From NCBI GenBank assembly GCA_965113315.1, contig OZ220376.1: a DNA stretch of 64,000 nucleotides; one strand, given 5' to 3'. The notes under the pieces were generated by a model. That model worked only from the letters and a program-made list of their open reading frames with translations. It was not told the origin of the DNA and did not search any database. The position numbers and the translations under genes are program-made. Shown here piece after piece: positions 13,081-26,250 of the stretch (position 1 is its first letter; every line of letters begins with the position of its first letter). The DNA is from Podarcis vaucheri (taxonomy: Eukaryota).

Positions 13081-13678
13081 GAGTGGGCTGAGCATGGGCA
13101 GGAATACGGGAGAGAAGCAGAAGGAAGGAAGGTGTTGTCCAAGCACCAAATAAAAGCCCCATGAAGCTAAAACCTAGTCTGCCCCTCAAATCACCAGCAC
13201 ATGATGGTGAATCCCGCTGCTGCTCTGAGCAGGAAACAGTCCACTGAAAGGTAAGGCGTGTGGCACCAAATGAGAACACAAAGCAGAACTGGACCAGCCT
13301 TCTGCAGTTGGTACCACTAGCCATTCAAGCTGCTATGGTGACACAGCCATCGCCTGCTGCTTGCCCACAGCATTTGGTACTCAAGAGATGGAAGCTCCCT
13401 GTTCCAATAGCCTATTTCAGCACTGTGGCCAGAGACACTGACCAACCTGTCCTCCACACTTGTGGCTGGTCAAGCTACCTCTGCTGCTCCCGGTGGTTCT
13501 CCCACTGCTTGGTGCTCAGTGGCTGGTGGCCATCACTTTCTTTGGTCTTCCTGAAACTGCTACCAGTAATTTTTGGTATGCTGCTGAAGGGCTGAGGCTT
13601 TTGCTCCAGGGGCTGTGGCAGTGCCTGCCGTAGAAGAGCCCACAACTAGCCTGGGGTAACGTTTAAAAGTAAAATCTT

Positions 13679-13730
13679 CTGATCTGCCACCCTCAGGCAC
13701 CTCAGGCACTGATCTGCCACCCTCAGGCAC
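13679..13730. repeat. Local tandem duplication in the ARPIN 3'UTR
   Basis: CTGATCTGCCACCCTCAGGCAC twice at 30-bp spacing, with an extra CTCAGGCA between. Confidence 0.85.
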
Positions 13731-13912
13731 CCAGGAAGAATCATCAAGATTCAGGAAGGCTGCAGGAATCCCAGCCCTGCTGAGAGAGCACACACCACTC
13801 CCTCCCCACCCCCAAGTGTCCCCCTCCTTCCCCAGAAGCTTTGGAAACAGAAGAATAGAGAAGAGTCCAGGAGCAGCAGGGAGTTATTTGCGTCCTCTCA
13901 GTTCTTCTTGCC

Positions 13913-13921
13913 TCAGTCATC
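13913..13921 (-). CDS. ARPIN: ARPIN last exon, coding part (DD*)
   Basis: tctctgcag|GAT GAC TGA completes the EWDD* acidic tail. Confidence 0.88.
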   Translation of the reverse strand, partial: DD

Positions 13922-16900
13922 CTGCAGAGAACAGCAGCAGTTATTCCAAGGGACCCCTAGACAGGCTTTGTTCCCACCCAGGGCCCCAGGCACAGGCCCC
14001 TGAAGTCAGCCCCACCAGAACAGGGTCAGTCTGGCTCCTGGGCTGGAGAAAATCCATGAGTTTCCAAGTCTCAGCCCATACCAGAGAGAACCTCCTGCCC
14101 TGGCTGCTCAATCTAGAGTGGTCATCCACATACCCATTCGGCATCTTCCGCACCATCCCCATGCCCTCGGGGTTCATCAGATGGCTCCCCGTGATCCTTG
14201 AAAGCCAAGATGTTGTCTGTCCAGGAGGCCCCAGCTTGCTGGTCACCAGCAAAATTGCACTTGGTCACTGTCCCCACATCCAGCTTGGCTAAGGAGACTG
14301 GAAAGAATAAAAAAGTGGCAAGAGCTAAGTGGCAGCGCAGCTGCTTGGCATGGGGGTTCAATTCCCCATGGCACCTCCAGGTAGGGCTGGGCAAAAGTCC
14401 CCTGTGGAGAGCTGCTGCCAGCCAGTGTAGGCAGTACTGAGCTAGATGGACCAATGGCCTGATTCAGCTGCAGGCAGCCTCCTACGTCCCAGAAGTTTCT
14501 ACATGGAATACAGACTGGAGGAAGGAGTCTAGTCACACCAGGGTGTCCCCTTCCAGAAAGTGTTAATGCTTTGGCAAATCCAGGTCCTATCACGAGGAAG
14601 GCTCATTCCCCAGGCTGGCCCAGCAGGGATGGTAAATGGGTAAAGGGGTTGACCGGGGAAAAGAGGATTTGGGGCAGCAGCTCTGCCTGCAGCACTTACA
14701 GACAAAGGGTCCATCTCCCAGAGTCCTCAGGCGGATCTCCATCCCCACCTCCAGCTCCATCTTCTCCATCTCACTCTCACGCAGCCAGAAGGCCACAGCC
14801 TGGTTGGGTGTGTAGGGCTGCGTCACCTTCACCAACTCTGGCTTGGTCACCAGGTGCTCCAGCTCTTCTGGGGTCAGCCTGTCGGTCTTGCCCTTGGCCT
14901 CCACCTCTGTCCATCACAACACAGAAGGAAAAAAGACAGATGAGTACAGGGAGGGCCTTACCCAAAGGCCCAGGCACACACACAAAGGAGCCATCAACTC
15001 CCATCTCCTGGTTTTAGGCTGGGGACCACACCTGCCCTCCTTGAAAAAAGCCTTCTACACCCAAGCAGATCCTAGAGCAACCTTCACCAACTTGGTACCC
15101 TCCAAATATTTTGGGGCTACAGTTCTACAACCATGCTGGACAGCTTGTTCCACTGCTGAGACGCTCTCAATCTCCCCACCCCACATGGCAGGAGAAATTC
15201 ATGCGACAAGGAAAGGCAGATCACATGCTGAGACAACCCAGTTCACTACCCAGGAAAACAGGGCAACCTCCCAAGTCTGCTCTGCGGAAACACTACCCTC
15301 TGCTCTGCTAAGGCAGACCAAGGAGAGACTTCTGGGCAAAACTTACTGTAGGATGCCATGAGGAAGCCAGTATTGACCTTCCGAGTTTCGCTGAAGTTGG
15401 GCTCCAATTCCTTCCCCTTGGGGTCAAATTTGCGGCGATGAACAAGCCTTGGCCTGATGTATAGCACGAAGTAGCGCTCCTGGGGTTTGGGAAGGACAGA
15501 GAATCTGCTCACTCTGAGTCTTCAGAAAACACCATCACTTTTGACTGTTGTTACCACCTGCCAGTGCTATTGCCACTACATTTGCAACTCTGTATTACTG
15601 TGGATGTAAAAAAACTGGAGCATGTTGGCGTTCACCAGCCAGTGTTGACAATCCCCAGCACCAGCCATTGTCAACAATCATCATGAAGTAGACAGACACA
15701 AAAACGAAAACTGCTCATTTCTAGTTTCCAACAGTCACAGAACCAATGCAAAAATTACAGTGGGTTGCGCAAAAAAAATCACACTCACAACTAGCAAGAA
15801 TGAATTACTCTATATTTCTTCCTCTAGAACAATATGCAGGGTATCAGTGTCATACTGGATGAGGGTGAGCGAGCTGGAACTTGAACCAGACAAGGCAGAG
15901 CTGCTCCTGCAAAACTGAAAGTCAGATCAGGAGAGTTGGTTTTGCATGAGGCTGCACTTCCACTGAAAAAACATGGGGTTCCTTGCTTAGGGGCTGCTCC
16001 CTAGATTCTTTTCTAGATCCCCAGGTGTGCTTTTTACTCAGCTGAGGTTGGTGCATGGAGGTGTCAGCTCTGGCCCTGGTGAGACATGCCTTTGTTACAT
16101 CTTGTTTGGGTGACTGCTACATGGGTGACTCTACATGGAGCCGTCCCTCAAAGATTGTTCAGGAATTGCTTCTGGCAATTGCCCCCTGGACCTTGACAAG
16201 GGGTGAGAGAAGGCCTGGGACTCTAAGGTGACAACAGCTACCATTGCCTCCCAGACCATTTCCAGCACAATTCAATGTGCCAATTGTGACTTATAAATCC
16301 CTAAAAGGCTCAGGGATAGACTCCCTGAAGGGCACTCTACTGCACAGCCCTGATCTGGTATTGCGGTCTTCAAGAGAGGCCTTTCTATCTGTCCAGCCAA
16401 CATCTGATGCACACTGCTGGGAACTCGAGAAAAGAGTTTCCCCAGAGACTGCATCCAGAGGCAGGGGGAAGGCCATATAGTCCCCTTGAGGACGGACTCC
16501 ATTTAGCCAGGATAAACCATCTTCATTCAAACAGGTGTTTGGCTCACTAGGCTGGTTTGTTTGGCTCTGTTGCTGTGTTTAAATATGTACTTCTAAGTTA
16601 ACTATGCTTTCTATTAACTGCCTTTTTCTATATGCTTTTATCCAGTTTTATTGCCATGTTGTCTATAGACTGATCCTTTTTTATTGCGGATTTTATTACT
16701 GTTAATTACCTTGGACGAAGTACTGTTAGTTACCTTTTGATGGAAAGGCAGGATGTCAAGGTAACAAACAAATATCCAAGGAGAAACGTCAGCAATACAA
16801 TCTGGCTACATGACACAACCTTCAGGTTGTGTCAGTCCCCTCCCTTCTCTCCCCATCTGGCAAATAATCCAGTCCACCAGCAAGGAGGATCACCTGCTCA

Positions 16901-19505
16901 TCCTCTCAGGGTGGGGCAGGACAGGAGGCTTAGGACCCAAGGGCCTCTCCTGTTTTGAGGACAGACTCCAGTTCCTAATCTCCCCCACACACAAAAAACC
17001 CCTTGGATCTGCAGGTTATTCAATATTATCATCAAAATGTGCACTATGAAATATTCAAGGCAGCCTAAAATAAAAATAATATGCATTAATAGCCAAATCT
17101 GATGAAAGCAGCAGCAACAAAACCATCTTTTTTGGAAAAAGTCCACTGAAGCAACGCTGCCTTTACTGCCCTTCTAAAAGTGATGGGAAGCAATCTAGTC
17201 AGGCCAAGGAATTTCTGCAGGGAAGTTGTTTCAAATCTGGGTGCCACAACCACAAGGAACAGACTGGCTTTATTTCTGAAGACTGTGGGACTCCCAAAGC
17301 AGAGTCCCAGCAGAGGAATAAAGTTCTCAGACAGACTTGCATACAGGGAGGCATTTCTTGAGATATTCCAGTCCTGGGTGCTTTAGGGTTTGATGATGAT
17401 GATGATGATGATTTTTATTTATACCCTGCCCATCTGGCTGGGTTTCCCCAGCCACTCTGGGCAACTCTCAACAGAATATAAAAAAATGATAAAACATCAA
17501 ACATTACTGTAAAAACTTCCCTAAACAGGGCTGCCTTCAGATGTCCTCTAAACGTCAACTAGTTGTTTAGTTCCTTGACATCTGATGGGAGGGTGTTCCA
17601 CAGGGCAGGCACCACTACCGAGAAGGCCTTCTGCCTGGTTCCATGTAGCCTTACTTCTCGCAGTGAGGAACTGCCAGAAGGCCCTCGGAGCTGGACCTCA
17701 GTGTCCGGGCTGAATGATGGGGGTGGAGACGCTCCTTCAGGTATACTGGGTAGAGGCCATTTAGGGCTTAAAGGTCAGCACCAACACTTTGAATTGTGCT
17801 CGGAAACATGGAAGCAAGTGACAGTAAATGTAGATGGAATGAGACTGAAGTTAATTTGATCAGAATGACTGGCGCCATCAAAACCATAGCAGCTGCATTC
17901 TGAAGCTTCTGAAGGGTCTTCAAGGGCATCCCCACATACAGCACAGTGGTGCCTTGGTTTATGAACTTAATCAGTTCCGGAAGTCCGTTCTTAAACCAAA
18001 GCTGTTTTTAAACCGAGGCGCTCTTTCCCTAATGAGGCCTCCCACCACCAGTGCTCTTCCACCGTTTGGCTTCTGTTTGTAGACCGAGGTAAAGTTTGCT
18101 AACTGGAACACTACTTCTGATTTTACGGAGTTCTTATACCGAATAGTTTGTAAACAGGGCTGTTCTTAAACCGAGGTACCACTGTAGTGTAGTTTGGAGG
18201 TGACAAGACCAGCCTTGGTTTCTTAAGAAAAGAGCACAGCTGGCATTTAAGACACAGCTAGTAAAAGAAACCACTCCTGGCCACTGGTGCCACCTGGCCA
18301 TCTAGAAGCAAAGCCAAAGCCAGCTCTCCCAAACTGCTGTTTATTGCCCTCATCCTGCCTAAAACTGCTACTTAGCAGGACCCCATTATCTCTCCAATTC
18401 AAGGCACACAACCTCGACCTGCCAGGAATTGTGAGAACTGATATTTTTTTGTTATGGTAAAGGAGGTTATGTATCTTTTACTCCCACACCAGGATTCGCA
18501 GGTGGGATTATTGTATTTGTGGTGCAGACACACCCCTTCATTTCCCACAGCAAAGGCAGCATTCTGAGTGGTGCAGATGGCAAGGAGAGGGTCACACGAA
18601 CCGCTTCAATGCAAACTACCTCCCAGTGTAATGCCGTGAACAAGTGAGAACTAATTCATGGAGGATAACGCTATCAATAGCTTTTGGTCTTGATGGCTGT
18701 GTCAGACTTCCAGCACCAGAGCTTCAGAACAGGCTATGGCTTTCCTGCCCTGCACTTATGGGGCTTCTCAGAGGCACCTGCAGGGCAACGGGAGGCTGAG
18801 TGCTGGTCCAATCCAGCAGGATCGCTCTTCTGCTCTCATTAGAAGCCTCACCTTTTTGTCAGCATCATCCAAGATGAGATGGCGGGACACGTCCAAGAGC
18901 TGCCCCTCCACAATCACACCGTCACCACTGCAGGGGAGAAAAGTTAAGACACAGGGGAAGAACTCCAAGTGAAGAGTTTATGTCAATCGCCCCACAATCC
19001 CCTGGGGTTATATCATATCAGGGAATTTTGATGCCATAGAGGGGAAACTTATTTTTTTCACTTCTCCATCTATGCCATTCCCTCTCTGCCTGACCTACCT
19101 TACAGGGCTGTTGTGAGAATAGCATTAAAGGACCCCATAGGTCTCCATGATTCTGTTCTTGGGTGGTCCAACTTCCTAATTGTCCAATATTCAATGGGTG
19201 GGGGATTCATTCATTTCTCTCGCTCTTAAGGGGCCCCTCAAGGATTCATTCTTGGTGCTCAGCTCTTTTCCCTCCACACAAATGTCCCTGGGCGACCGCA
19301 TCAAACCCGACCCCTCGACGCTGCACCCCCTCAGCCTGCAAGGGCGGGAAGCGTCTCTGCGCACTCTGCACATGCTCAGAGGCCCCTCCCCGCTGAAGCG
19401 GCCCACCGCCTACCGCTGCCAGGAGGCGGGGTCCCAGCGGCCGCGCAGGCGCTCCGTGTGCACAGCCTTGGTGCTCAGGGCGCCCTGGTCGTAAATGCGG
19501 CTCAT
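13913..19505 (-). CDS. ARPIN: Arpin (Arp2/3 complex inhibitor), full gene span; join(19414-19505,18852-18927,15347-15479,14700-14906,14134-14297,13913-13921), 226 aa
   Basis: Six GT-AG exons of 92+76+133+207+164+9=681 nt give an open frame from MSRIYDQGALSTKAVH to PRGHGDGAEDAEWDD*. It has the acidic Trp C-terminal Arp2/3-binding motif and an RxxGDG tankyrase motif, and lies next to ZNF710/IDH2 as in human. Confidence 0.96.
14134..14297 (-). CDS. ARPIN: ARPIN exon 5
   Basis: SLAKLDVGTVTKCNFAGDQQAGASWTDNIL...GDGAEDAEW; CAG|...|GTATGT. Confidence 0.95.
14700..14906 (-). CDS. ARPIN: ARPIN exon 4
   Basis: KVEAKGKTDRLTPEEL...RLRTLGDGPFV; CAG|...|GTAAGT. Confidence 0.95.
15347..15479 (-). CDS. ARPIN: ARPIN exon 3
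   Basis: ERYFVLYIRPRLVHRRKFDPKGKELEPNFSETRKVNTGFLMASY; CAG|...|GTAAGT. Confidence 0.95.
15850..16690 (+). mobile_element. Degenerate L2 LINE 3' portion
   Basis: LNLNPDK-like (CTTGAACCAGACAAG), CAATTCAATGTGC..TATAAATCCCTAA, T-rich 3' end. Confidence 0.6.
17390..17815 (-). mobile_element. Younger L2 LINE 3' end with (ATC)n tail, nested in an older L2
   Basis: (GAT)7, then TTTATTTATACCC..CATCTGGCTGGGTTTCCCCAGCCACTCTGGGC...GGGAGGGTGTTCCACAGGGC...CACTTTGAATTGTGCTCGGAAAC. Confidence 0.75.
17944..18184. mobile_element. Tc1/mariner-pogo (Tigger-like) MITE
   Basis: TIR CAGTGGTGCCTTGGTTTA / TAAACCGAGGTACCACTG; TA on the right flank. Confidence 0.8.
18852..18927 (-). CDS. ARPIN: ARPIN exon 2
   Basis: CAG| acceptor; GDGVIVEGQLLDVSRHLILDDADKK; |GTGAGG donor. 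Confidence 0.93.
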
Positions 19506-20130
19506 GATGGCGGCGAACGCAGCAAGGCCGGGGGAGGTGGGGCTACGGGAGACAGCGGCTCCGCCCACACCCTCCCTGCACCTGCGCAGTAGCGGCAAAG
19601 GGGGAAAGAAACACCGCCAAGGACAGAACTGTGATCGCCACTTGAGCTGCGTCAGGGCTCCGAGTGTAGCTGCGGGAGGGAGAGTGGAAGGATAGAGGCG
19701 AGTCGCCGTCGCCGCGGGGTTGGCCGATTCCGAGCCAGGCATTGGTCCGCGGTTCGGCCGGTGAAGGCATTGATTGGGTGATTAAGAGGGAGGACGGATG
19801 GACGAATCCCCGCCCCCTGCACGCGAGAGGAGGAAAATGGCGGGAAAGAAAAGGGGGGAGGAAGACAGGGGCGACTACGCGCTTGCGCACTTTCACCTAC
19901 GCGTGTTTCCCGTGAGGCGAGGCACCCACAACGACCCTGCGAGGGAAGCCAGCTCAGGGGACGTTTCAAAGCACGCAGCTGAAAGCAGCTGCCTGAGGCA
20001 CCCCGTTGAGGCTGCCTGCCTGTGCCTCTCCTTGTAAGGCTGAAGCGCCCCAGGTGGGCCGTGGGAAGGGCCCCCCCCTTCTCTCTTGCCTTTTTGGTAA
20101 TCGAGGCCCTGTGGCCGCAGGTGAGAAGAG
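19230..20130. promoter_or_regulatory. ARPIN CpG-island promoter
   Basis: CpG-dense. CCAAT boxes (ATTGG at ~19741 and ~19773), GC box CCCCGCCCC at ~19808, YY1-like AAAATGGCGG at 19834-19843, NRF1-like GCGCTTGCGCA at ~19879. Confidence 0.8.
19414..19505 (-). CDS. ARPIN: ARPIN coding exon 1
   Basis: GCCGCCATC ATG start; MSRIYDQGALSTKAVHTERLRGRWDPASWQR; donor CG|GTAGGC. Confidence 0.93.
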
Positions 20131-22769
20131 CAAGGGGCTGAGAGGACTCAGAAAGTGGCTCTGTGTAGCCAGGAGGCTCAGCACTGCCAGGGCTTTTTGC
20201 TTCAAGCTCTCTGGCCTCCATAGTGAAAGTGAGCAGAGAGGAAGGGGAAGGAAGTGCTTCAGGAGCCTTTAAAACCTGGCAGGATGGCAGGTGCAGAGGT
20301 GCCATGCAGAGCACAGAAAAGCCACATAAGGATCCTTTTGGCACCCCCCACCCCCGAGCTCTACTATTAATACTGTTATTATTATGCACAATTTATTTAT
20401 ATCTCACCTCTTCCCCAAACTGGGATTCAAGGCGGCTTCCACAAATCAAAACGACACAGATTAGATACAAAACGCTAAAAATATACAAAAGGCAGTTGTT
20501 AAAAAGCAGTTAAACTCTAATAGAATTAAAACAATATGAAAAACAAAAATACTGTACACTGTTAAAACCTCTTTGGAAAAAAAGTTTCCAAAGGCCTCTT
20601 TGAACAAAACAGTCTTCACCTGCTGGCAGAAGGAAAATAAGGAGGGTCGTCCCTCCCCAGGAACCTAAGCAGAGCCTGCTGGTGAGCTGATGGTCCATCT
20701 GGTCTAGTATCCTGTTCTCACAGTGGCCAACTAGATGTTCTGGGGTCATTGTGGATCACTCCAAGGATATTGCCCCAGAGTCCTGTAGCAGTAGAAAAGT
20801 GAATTGAGTGGTAAGATGTGGGGAAAGCCTAGAAGCAAGGATCATGTTGCTCTTATGTCCATCCTTGGTGCCACTGCATCTAAAAAAAAAGAATATTGGG
20901 AAAATGGGAATTGCAACCAGAGGGGTCATCCCTTACTTTCTGTGGCAGCAGCCCCCTTAATGTAATGTTCTTAAAAAGTCATGGTGGGGGCAAATGTTTG
21001 ACTAAAATTGAGGGAAGTGGAGTGCAGATTGAGGATTTCATTAATGCAGTCTTTGCCAACCTGGTGCCCAGCAAGTCCAAAACAGCTAGAGGGTACTATG
21101 TTGGCAAAAGCTTAAGAGCCCATTAGCTCTACAATCACAACTACAATTCCTTTGTCGAGTTATGCCCACTGGATGGCAAGGAATCACTTCTAAAGCCCCT
21201 TGCACTACCAGAGGGCAACATTCTGCCAGCAGGGGAAAGTGGCACCCACATTAACGTCAATAGGGAGCCTCAGATGGCTGCCACTCTGGTCCTCCTCCCC
21301 CTGTTCCACCTCCCTTGCTGCAGTGCAGATCTCTGCATCCTCCATCCCTCATTACTGCTGGTGTGATGATCAATCTAAAACTTGGGACTGCATGAAGTGG
21401 AGAGTGGGAGCAGCAGGTTGGGTATGCAGCTGACCTGGGATAACAGCCAGCAGACAGTGGAAATAAAAATGAAGCTCTGTGGCTGTTTGAGATTAAGGGG
21501 GCTACACAAAATGAAAGCATCCTAAACCTGAATGTGATTATTGGGTCATAGGCCAATTACACAAGCTATTAGGCTACCTTGATCCAGATCAAGTGTTTTT
21601 TGCAGCTATTTTCCGTGGGAGTCCATAGCCAGGGTTTGAACTCAGGATCTCATGTGTGCTGAGTCTGCTTTTTCCAGCTTAGCTATGGCTACATGGAAAG
21701 CTAGTCTATGGGTCTGAAGGAGAAGAAAAGAGGGGGATACCCTAGGAAATTAATACAATTGCTCCATCATGGCACTTTCGTCTGTGTCCGGCTGCATGGA
21801 ACAAGGAGCAAGGCCTGTGGTCTTGCTGTGCCATCCTTTTCTCACCTAAAACTATTCTTCCCACCAGGGCCTCCAAAATAGGAGCTTTTAGATCTCCCTA
21901 ACGTCCAGGTCCTGTATCCTTTTTATTATGTTGCTACTAATCCCCACACAAGGTGGGTGGTGCCAACCATAGTCTTACCACTGTCAGTTCCATTATTCCC
22001 CCTTTTTGTGTGGTGTCCCTTATCCCCTGCAAAAGGCTGGTTCCAAACACTTTGTGCATGGCTGCTGCAGAGGAAGCATTCTTTTGCCGGCAGGGCTTAA
22101 ATCCTGCATGGGGCAGAGGGCTCTTTGCACAGGCTTCTTCTTATCCACAAGTACCTGGCTGGCTTGTGCAGGGAAAGACAATATAGCTTGTTCTGGTAGC
22201 ATGGCCAGGGTTGGGTAGCCCCACAAGGTCACCTGAATATTGCTATGCAGTGCTAGGAGCCTTCCTTGCCTGGCTGAAGATGTGTTGTTGGTGAGCATAA
22301 TCTTTGTGGTTGGTGGCAGAATTGCCAGGCCCGCTGTGGTGGGTGTGTCTATTCAGTGTTGCTGTTGACTCTGCTGCTGGTTCACCAGAGGAGGAGCGTG
22401 ACTGTGTTATGCTTGGCAGTAGCTGTGGCCTAGCAGCTGCTGGGGGAGCACAAGGGCCATCTGATGGCCCTGCGTTTGGAGCACTTCAGTGTAGAGGATT
22501 ATAAAACTATAAATGAGAAAAGCATGAATGGAGGGTAGTTTTTTCTTTTCTAGTAAACAGAACTTGCAGGGTCATCTATTGACAGTGATAACCAAGCAGG
22601 ATCAAGAGGCAAAGGCTTGTCTCTGGCTGCCTCACACACAGAACCCATTAGAAGTCTCACCTAACCCCAGACATGGGGGACAATTAGAGGAGCCCTTTTG
22701 GGCCGCCCCGCCTCACCTGTGCAAAGGCCTGGCTGGGTGCACTTGCACACCTCGCTAAGAGAGACTAGG

Positions 22770-24010
22770 GTGGGAGATGGGGGGGGATTCTGTGGTGCTG
22801 GGAAAGGAGGGCAGAGAAAGAGAGGGAGAAGCTCTGTGGGGAGGAGGGAGAGAAAAGGAAACTTGGCCAGGGCCGGAGAGAGAGGAAGTGCGAAAACAAA
22901 AGCGAGATAAAAGGGGCTGCTGCTGCTGCTGCTGCTCTCGCTCTCCCTCCTCTGCGCCTTTCTTTTTCTCTCTCCCTTTTTCTCAGAGCTGGGTTAGGAG
23001 GGGCTGTTTTGCATCCCTTCACGTCAGCCCTGCCTCATTCCCTTCTTCCTTCCTGCTAGAGAGCGAGAGAGAGAAAAGAGAAAGGGAACTGCGAGCAAGC
23101 GAGGAGCCGGCAGCACCCAGACGAGGATCTGCCCCAGAAGGAGAGGTGAAGCGGCCTCCCTTGCCTGCCTGCCCGTTACCCGCCCCCCTTGCCAAGCCTC
23201 TTCGGGAGTCCCAGGGTGAGTTCGCCTCAGCCCCAGCCAGCTGAGCCAAGCCCTCTCTTCCCGGGCCGGAGAGGAGGCGGGCGCCGAAAGCCCCGCGGGA
23301 GGCCCGGTGGGCTGCCCCAACCGCTGCCGCCTCTATCCATCCCGGCGCTCTAATGCCAGAGCAGGGAGAGAGAGAAAAGAGTGATGGCGTCTGGAGAAGG
23401 AGGGAGGGAAAGAAGGAAGGAAGGATAGAAAGAAGGGGGAGGAGGGGGAGGAGGACGCACAACTGGGCTTGGACTGCGGCGCTTCTTGCCTTGCTGGGGC
23501 TCGCAGCACGTGGGGGCTAACACTCGAGGAGCCTCCCCCACATCCTTGTTGCTCGCTTGCAACTTTCCCCTCTTCTTGCTGCTTTACAACACAAAGTTTT
23601 GCTCTGCAGGGAGCCGATCCGGGGAGGAGGGAGGGAAGCAGGCAGCGGCAACCGCGGGAGGGGAGTCTCGGGAGGTGCCGGCGTGGAGCTGATGGAGTGG
23701 ACCCCTCTTCGGTTGGTCGGCTTGCAGGAGGAGGCAGCCGGTGGGTTACCTGTTGCCGTCTCTGCTGTGCTTGGCCATAGGGGGACGAGGCCCTCGTTCT
23801 CGAACCGCCCCTGGAGAGGGAAGTGCCGGCTGGACTTTCCCATTCTGTGCCTGGCCGCGGTGAACTTTCCCTTTAACAATCCTCCGGATAGGATTGGAGG
23901 GGACGGAAAGAAACTGGAGGGGGACGGACCTGGTCCCTTGCATGTTGGCGGAGGCTCAGTAGTAGCGGGGTTCGCTCTCTAGGAAAGCGCGCCGCCTCAA
24001 ACTGCAGCCT
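22770..24010 (+). promoter_or_regulatory. ZNF710 promoter CpG island and probable non-coding exon 1 (donor after 23215)
   Basis: CpG-rich island with GA/CT tracts; consensus donor CAGG|GTGAGT at 23215/23216, 15.7 kb upstream of the 38888 acceptor. Confidence 0.65.
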
Positions 24011-25904
24011 GCGGATAGTGCCTGAAGCTTCTCTGCCTGCTGTTGGTTGGCCTTGCCAAAGAGCTAGGAAGCAGCTTTCCTGGAGCGGTGGCTGCAAAGG
24101 AAGGGGGGACTTTGCTCTTTGTCTGCCCAACCCCTGTGCCTTCCGTTAACTCTAACAGATGAGAATGTGTTTTTCCTTGACTGATTCTGTGGACTCGCAT
24201 GTGTTGGGATCTGCGCTGTTCAGTGGGAGTCATTCTGTGCAGCATCTTTGCTTTCTCTCTCCTTGACTGCCCTGCAGAGGTCTGTGTCATTGAGATGGTT
24301 CTTAAACATACTCAGAGGTGTTGCCCATAGAAGCTGCTCTTGCAGAGTGGGCTGGTCTGTGCTCTTGGGCACCTTTCTCAGCCCTGTCCATGTCCCTTCC
24401 TCTCCCACTTCCAGAACTATCTGAAGAATTTAGTACTATCTAGATACTTTGAGGAAATGAGTGGTGGGAAAGCAGCAGATGATTCTGTTGATGGACCTCT
24501 CCAATGATGATTCCCCCTGCCGCTGCTGCCCCCCCCCCAAAAAAAACCCACTAGCAACATAAAATGTTTATCTCAGAAATGCTTCAGCTACAGTTGTCTC
24601 CTTGAATGGAGGGTATGGTCCTTGCAGTATAGGCTAAACAGTGTGAACAACAAAAACTCACATCTAAATTCTAAAGTGTTATTGGCACTTGAGTATCAGG
24701 TATGCACTGTGTGGGGCACCCCAGATGGATTGCAGCAGGCAGCACAGAAAAGGTTGCTTGCTTGCCATCTTCCAAGGACTGTTTCAAAGCAACTCTGTCC
24801 TGGCAGAAAATCAAAGATTCACCTTTTAATCAATGCAACCTTAGACTTCCGATCTGCTTTTGGAATGGTGTCTGTAACTCTTTAAGCTACATTTGCAACT
24901 GGCTGTGACTGTAAAATGACTGCCTGGTGAAGATGGTGCCTCCTTCCTGACATAGCTTGAGAGGAAAACTCTAACAAGGGAGGGTGTTTCATAGGAAGGT
25001 AGTAATACCTATGGTATTAGATAAGTTATTAGATAATGTATACCTCTAAAGCAAGGATTTCATTTCCCCATATAGAGTATGTTACTGTTTTTGTTAATAA
25101 TCGTCATACTTGTATGGAACTGTTACTAAAGCACTTTCCATATATCAAGGGTGGGGAACCTGTGGATGTTCTGGTGTTAAGAACATAAGAAGAGCCTGGC
25201 TGCTGGATCAAGCCAATGATCCATCTAGTTGAGCACCTTGTTCTCACAGTGGCCATCCAGATGCCTCTGGGAAGCCCGCAAACAAGACCTAAGTGCAGCA
25301 GTGCTCTCCCAGCTCTGTACTCCCAACTCCCATCATATTTGTCCCTGCCAGCTGGAGCTGATGGGAGCTGCAACAACATCTGGAGGGTCACAGGTTCCCC
25401 ACCCCCGACATACATTATCTCAGTAATCATTACTCCCTTATGAAACTGAGGCTCAGAGAGAGTACCACGGGTCGGCCTCAAGAGGTCAGTGCCTTTTCCT
25501 TATGGAGCTCAGAGATGGTCTACTGTGTGGAATAGCTTGCTGTTTAATAGCTTTTCGTGTCATTGGAAGGTGACGTTCCTATGAGAAATGCTTAGAATCA
25601 TAGAACTGTAGAGTCGGAAGGGACCCAGTTGTCTAAAATGGTGCATCACTTTTCTAAAAGCATGCACATACCTTTCTCTCCTTTTAAAGTTTTCCTTTAT
25701 TCTTGCAGTAGAAACTTTATAATTGGAGTGTGTCTAATTAGAAAAGATGTCGAAAGTTCACTGGAGACTTTTGAAATGTTTTCTTTTTCTGTTTGGGGTG
25801 CTATAAAGTTTTCTTGGTGTAGAATTTAAGGTTAACCAGAAAAAAAGGAGAGAGAGATTGTTCAGGGCTAAGTTTTAGGGCAGTGGTTCTTGAACTGTGG
25901 TGGG

Positions 25905-26250
25905 GAAGGGCCATGCCTCAGTGGCAGAGCATCTGGATTGCATGCAGAAGGCCTCTGGTTCAATCCCCAGCATCTCCAGATAGGGCCAGGAAAAGACCAT
26001 CTGAAACTTTGAGAACTGCAAGTCATTGTAAATACTGAACTACATGAACCAGTTACCCGGCTCACTATAGTGAAAGGCTGTAGCTTACTGTATAACAACT
26101 GTTTTGCATGCAGAAGGTCCCAGGTGCCAGCATCTCCAGATAGAGCTACAAGAAAACCCTGCATGAAAGCCTGGAAAGTTGCTGCCTACCAGTGTAGAAA
26201 GTAGTGATCTAGATGGACCAATGTTCTCTCAGTATATGGCAGCTTCATAT
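25905..26250 (+). mobile_element. Tandem pair of the same tRNA-derived SINE
   Basis: Two successive TGCATGCAGAAGG...AGCATCTCCAGATAG units. Confidence 0.7.

Noticed and set aside
14122-14133. Read-through of ARPIN exon 5 into the intron, giving EWVCG*
   Set aside because: No evidence of intron retention; the spliced EWDD* end fits the family.
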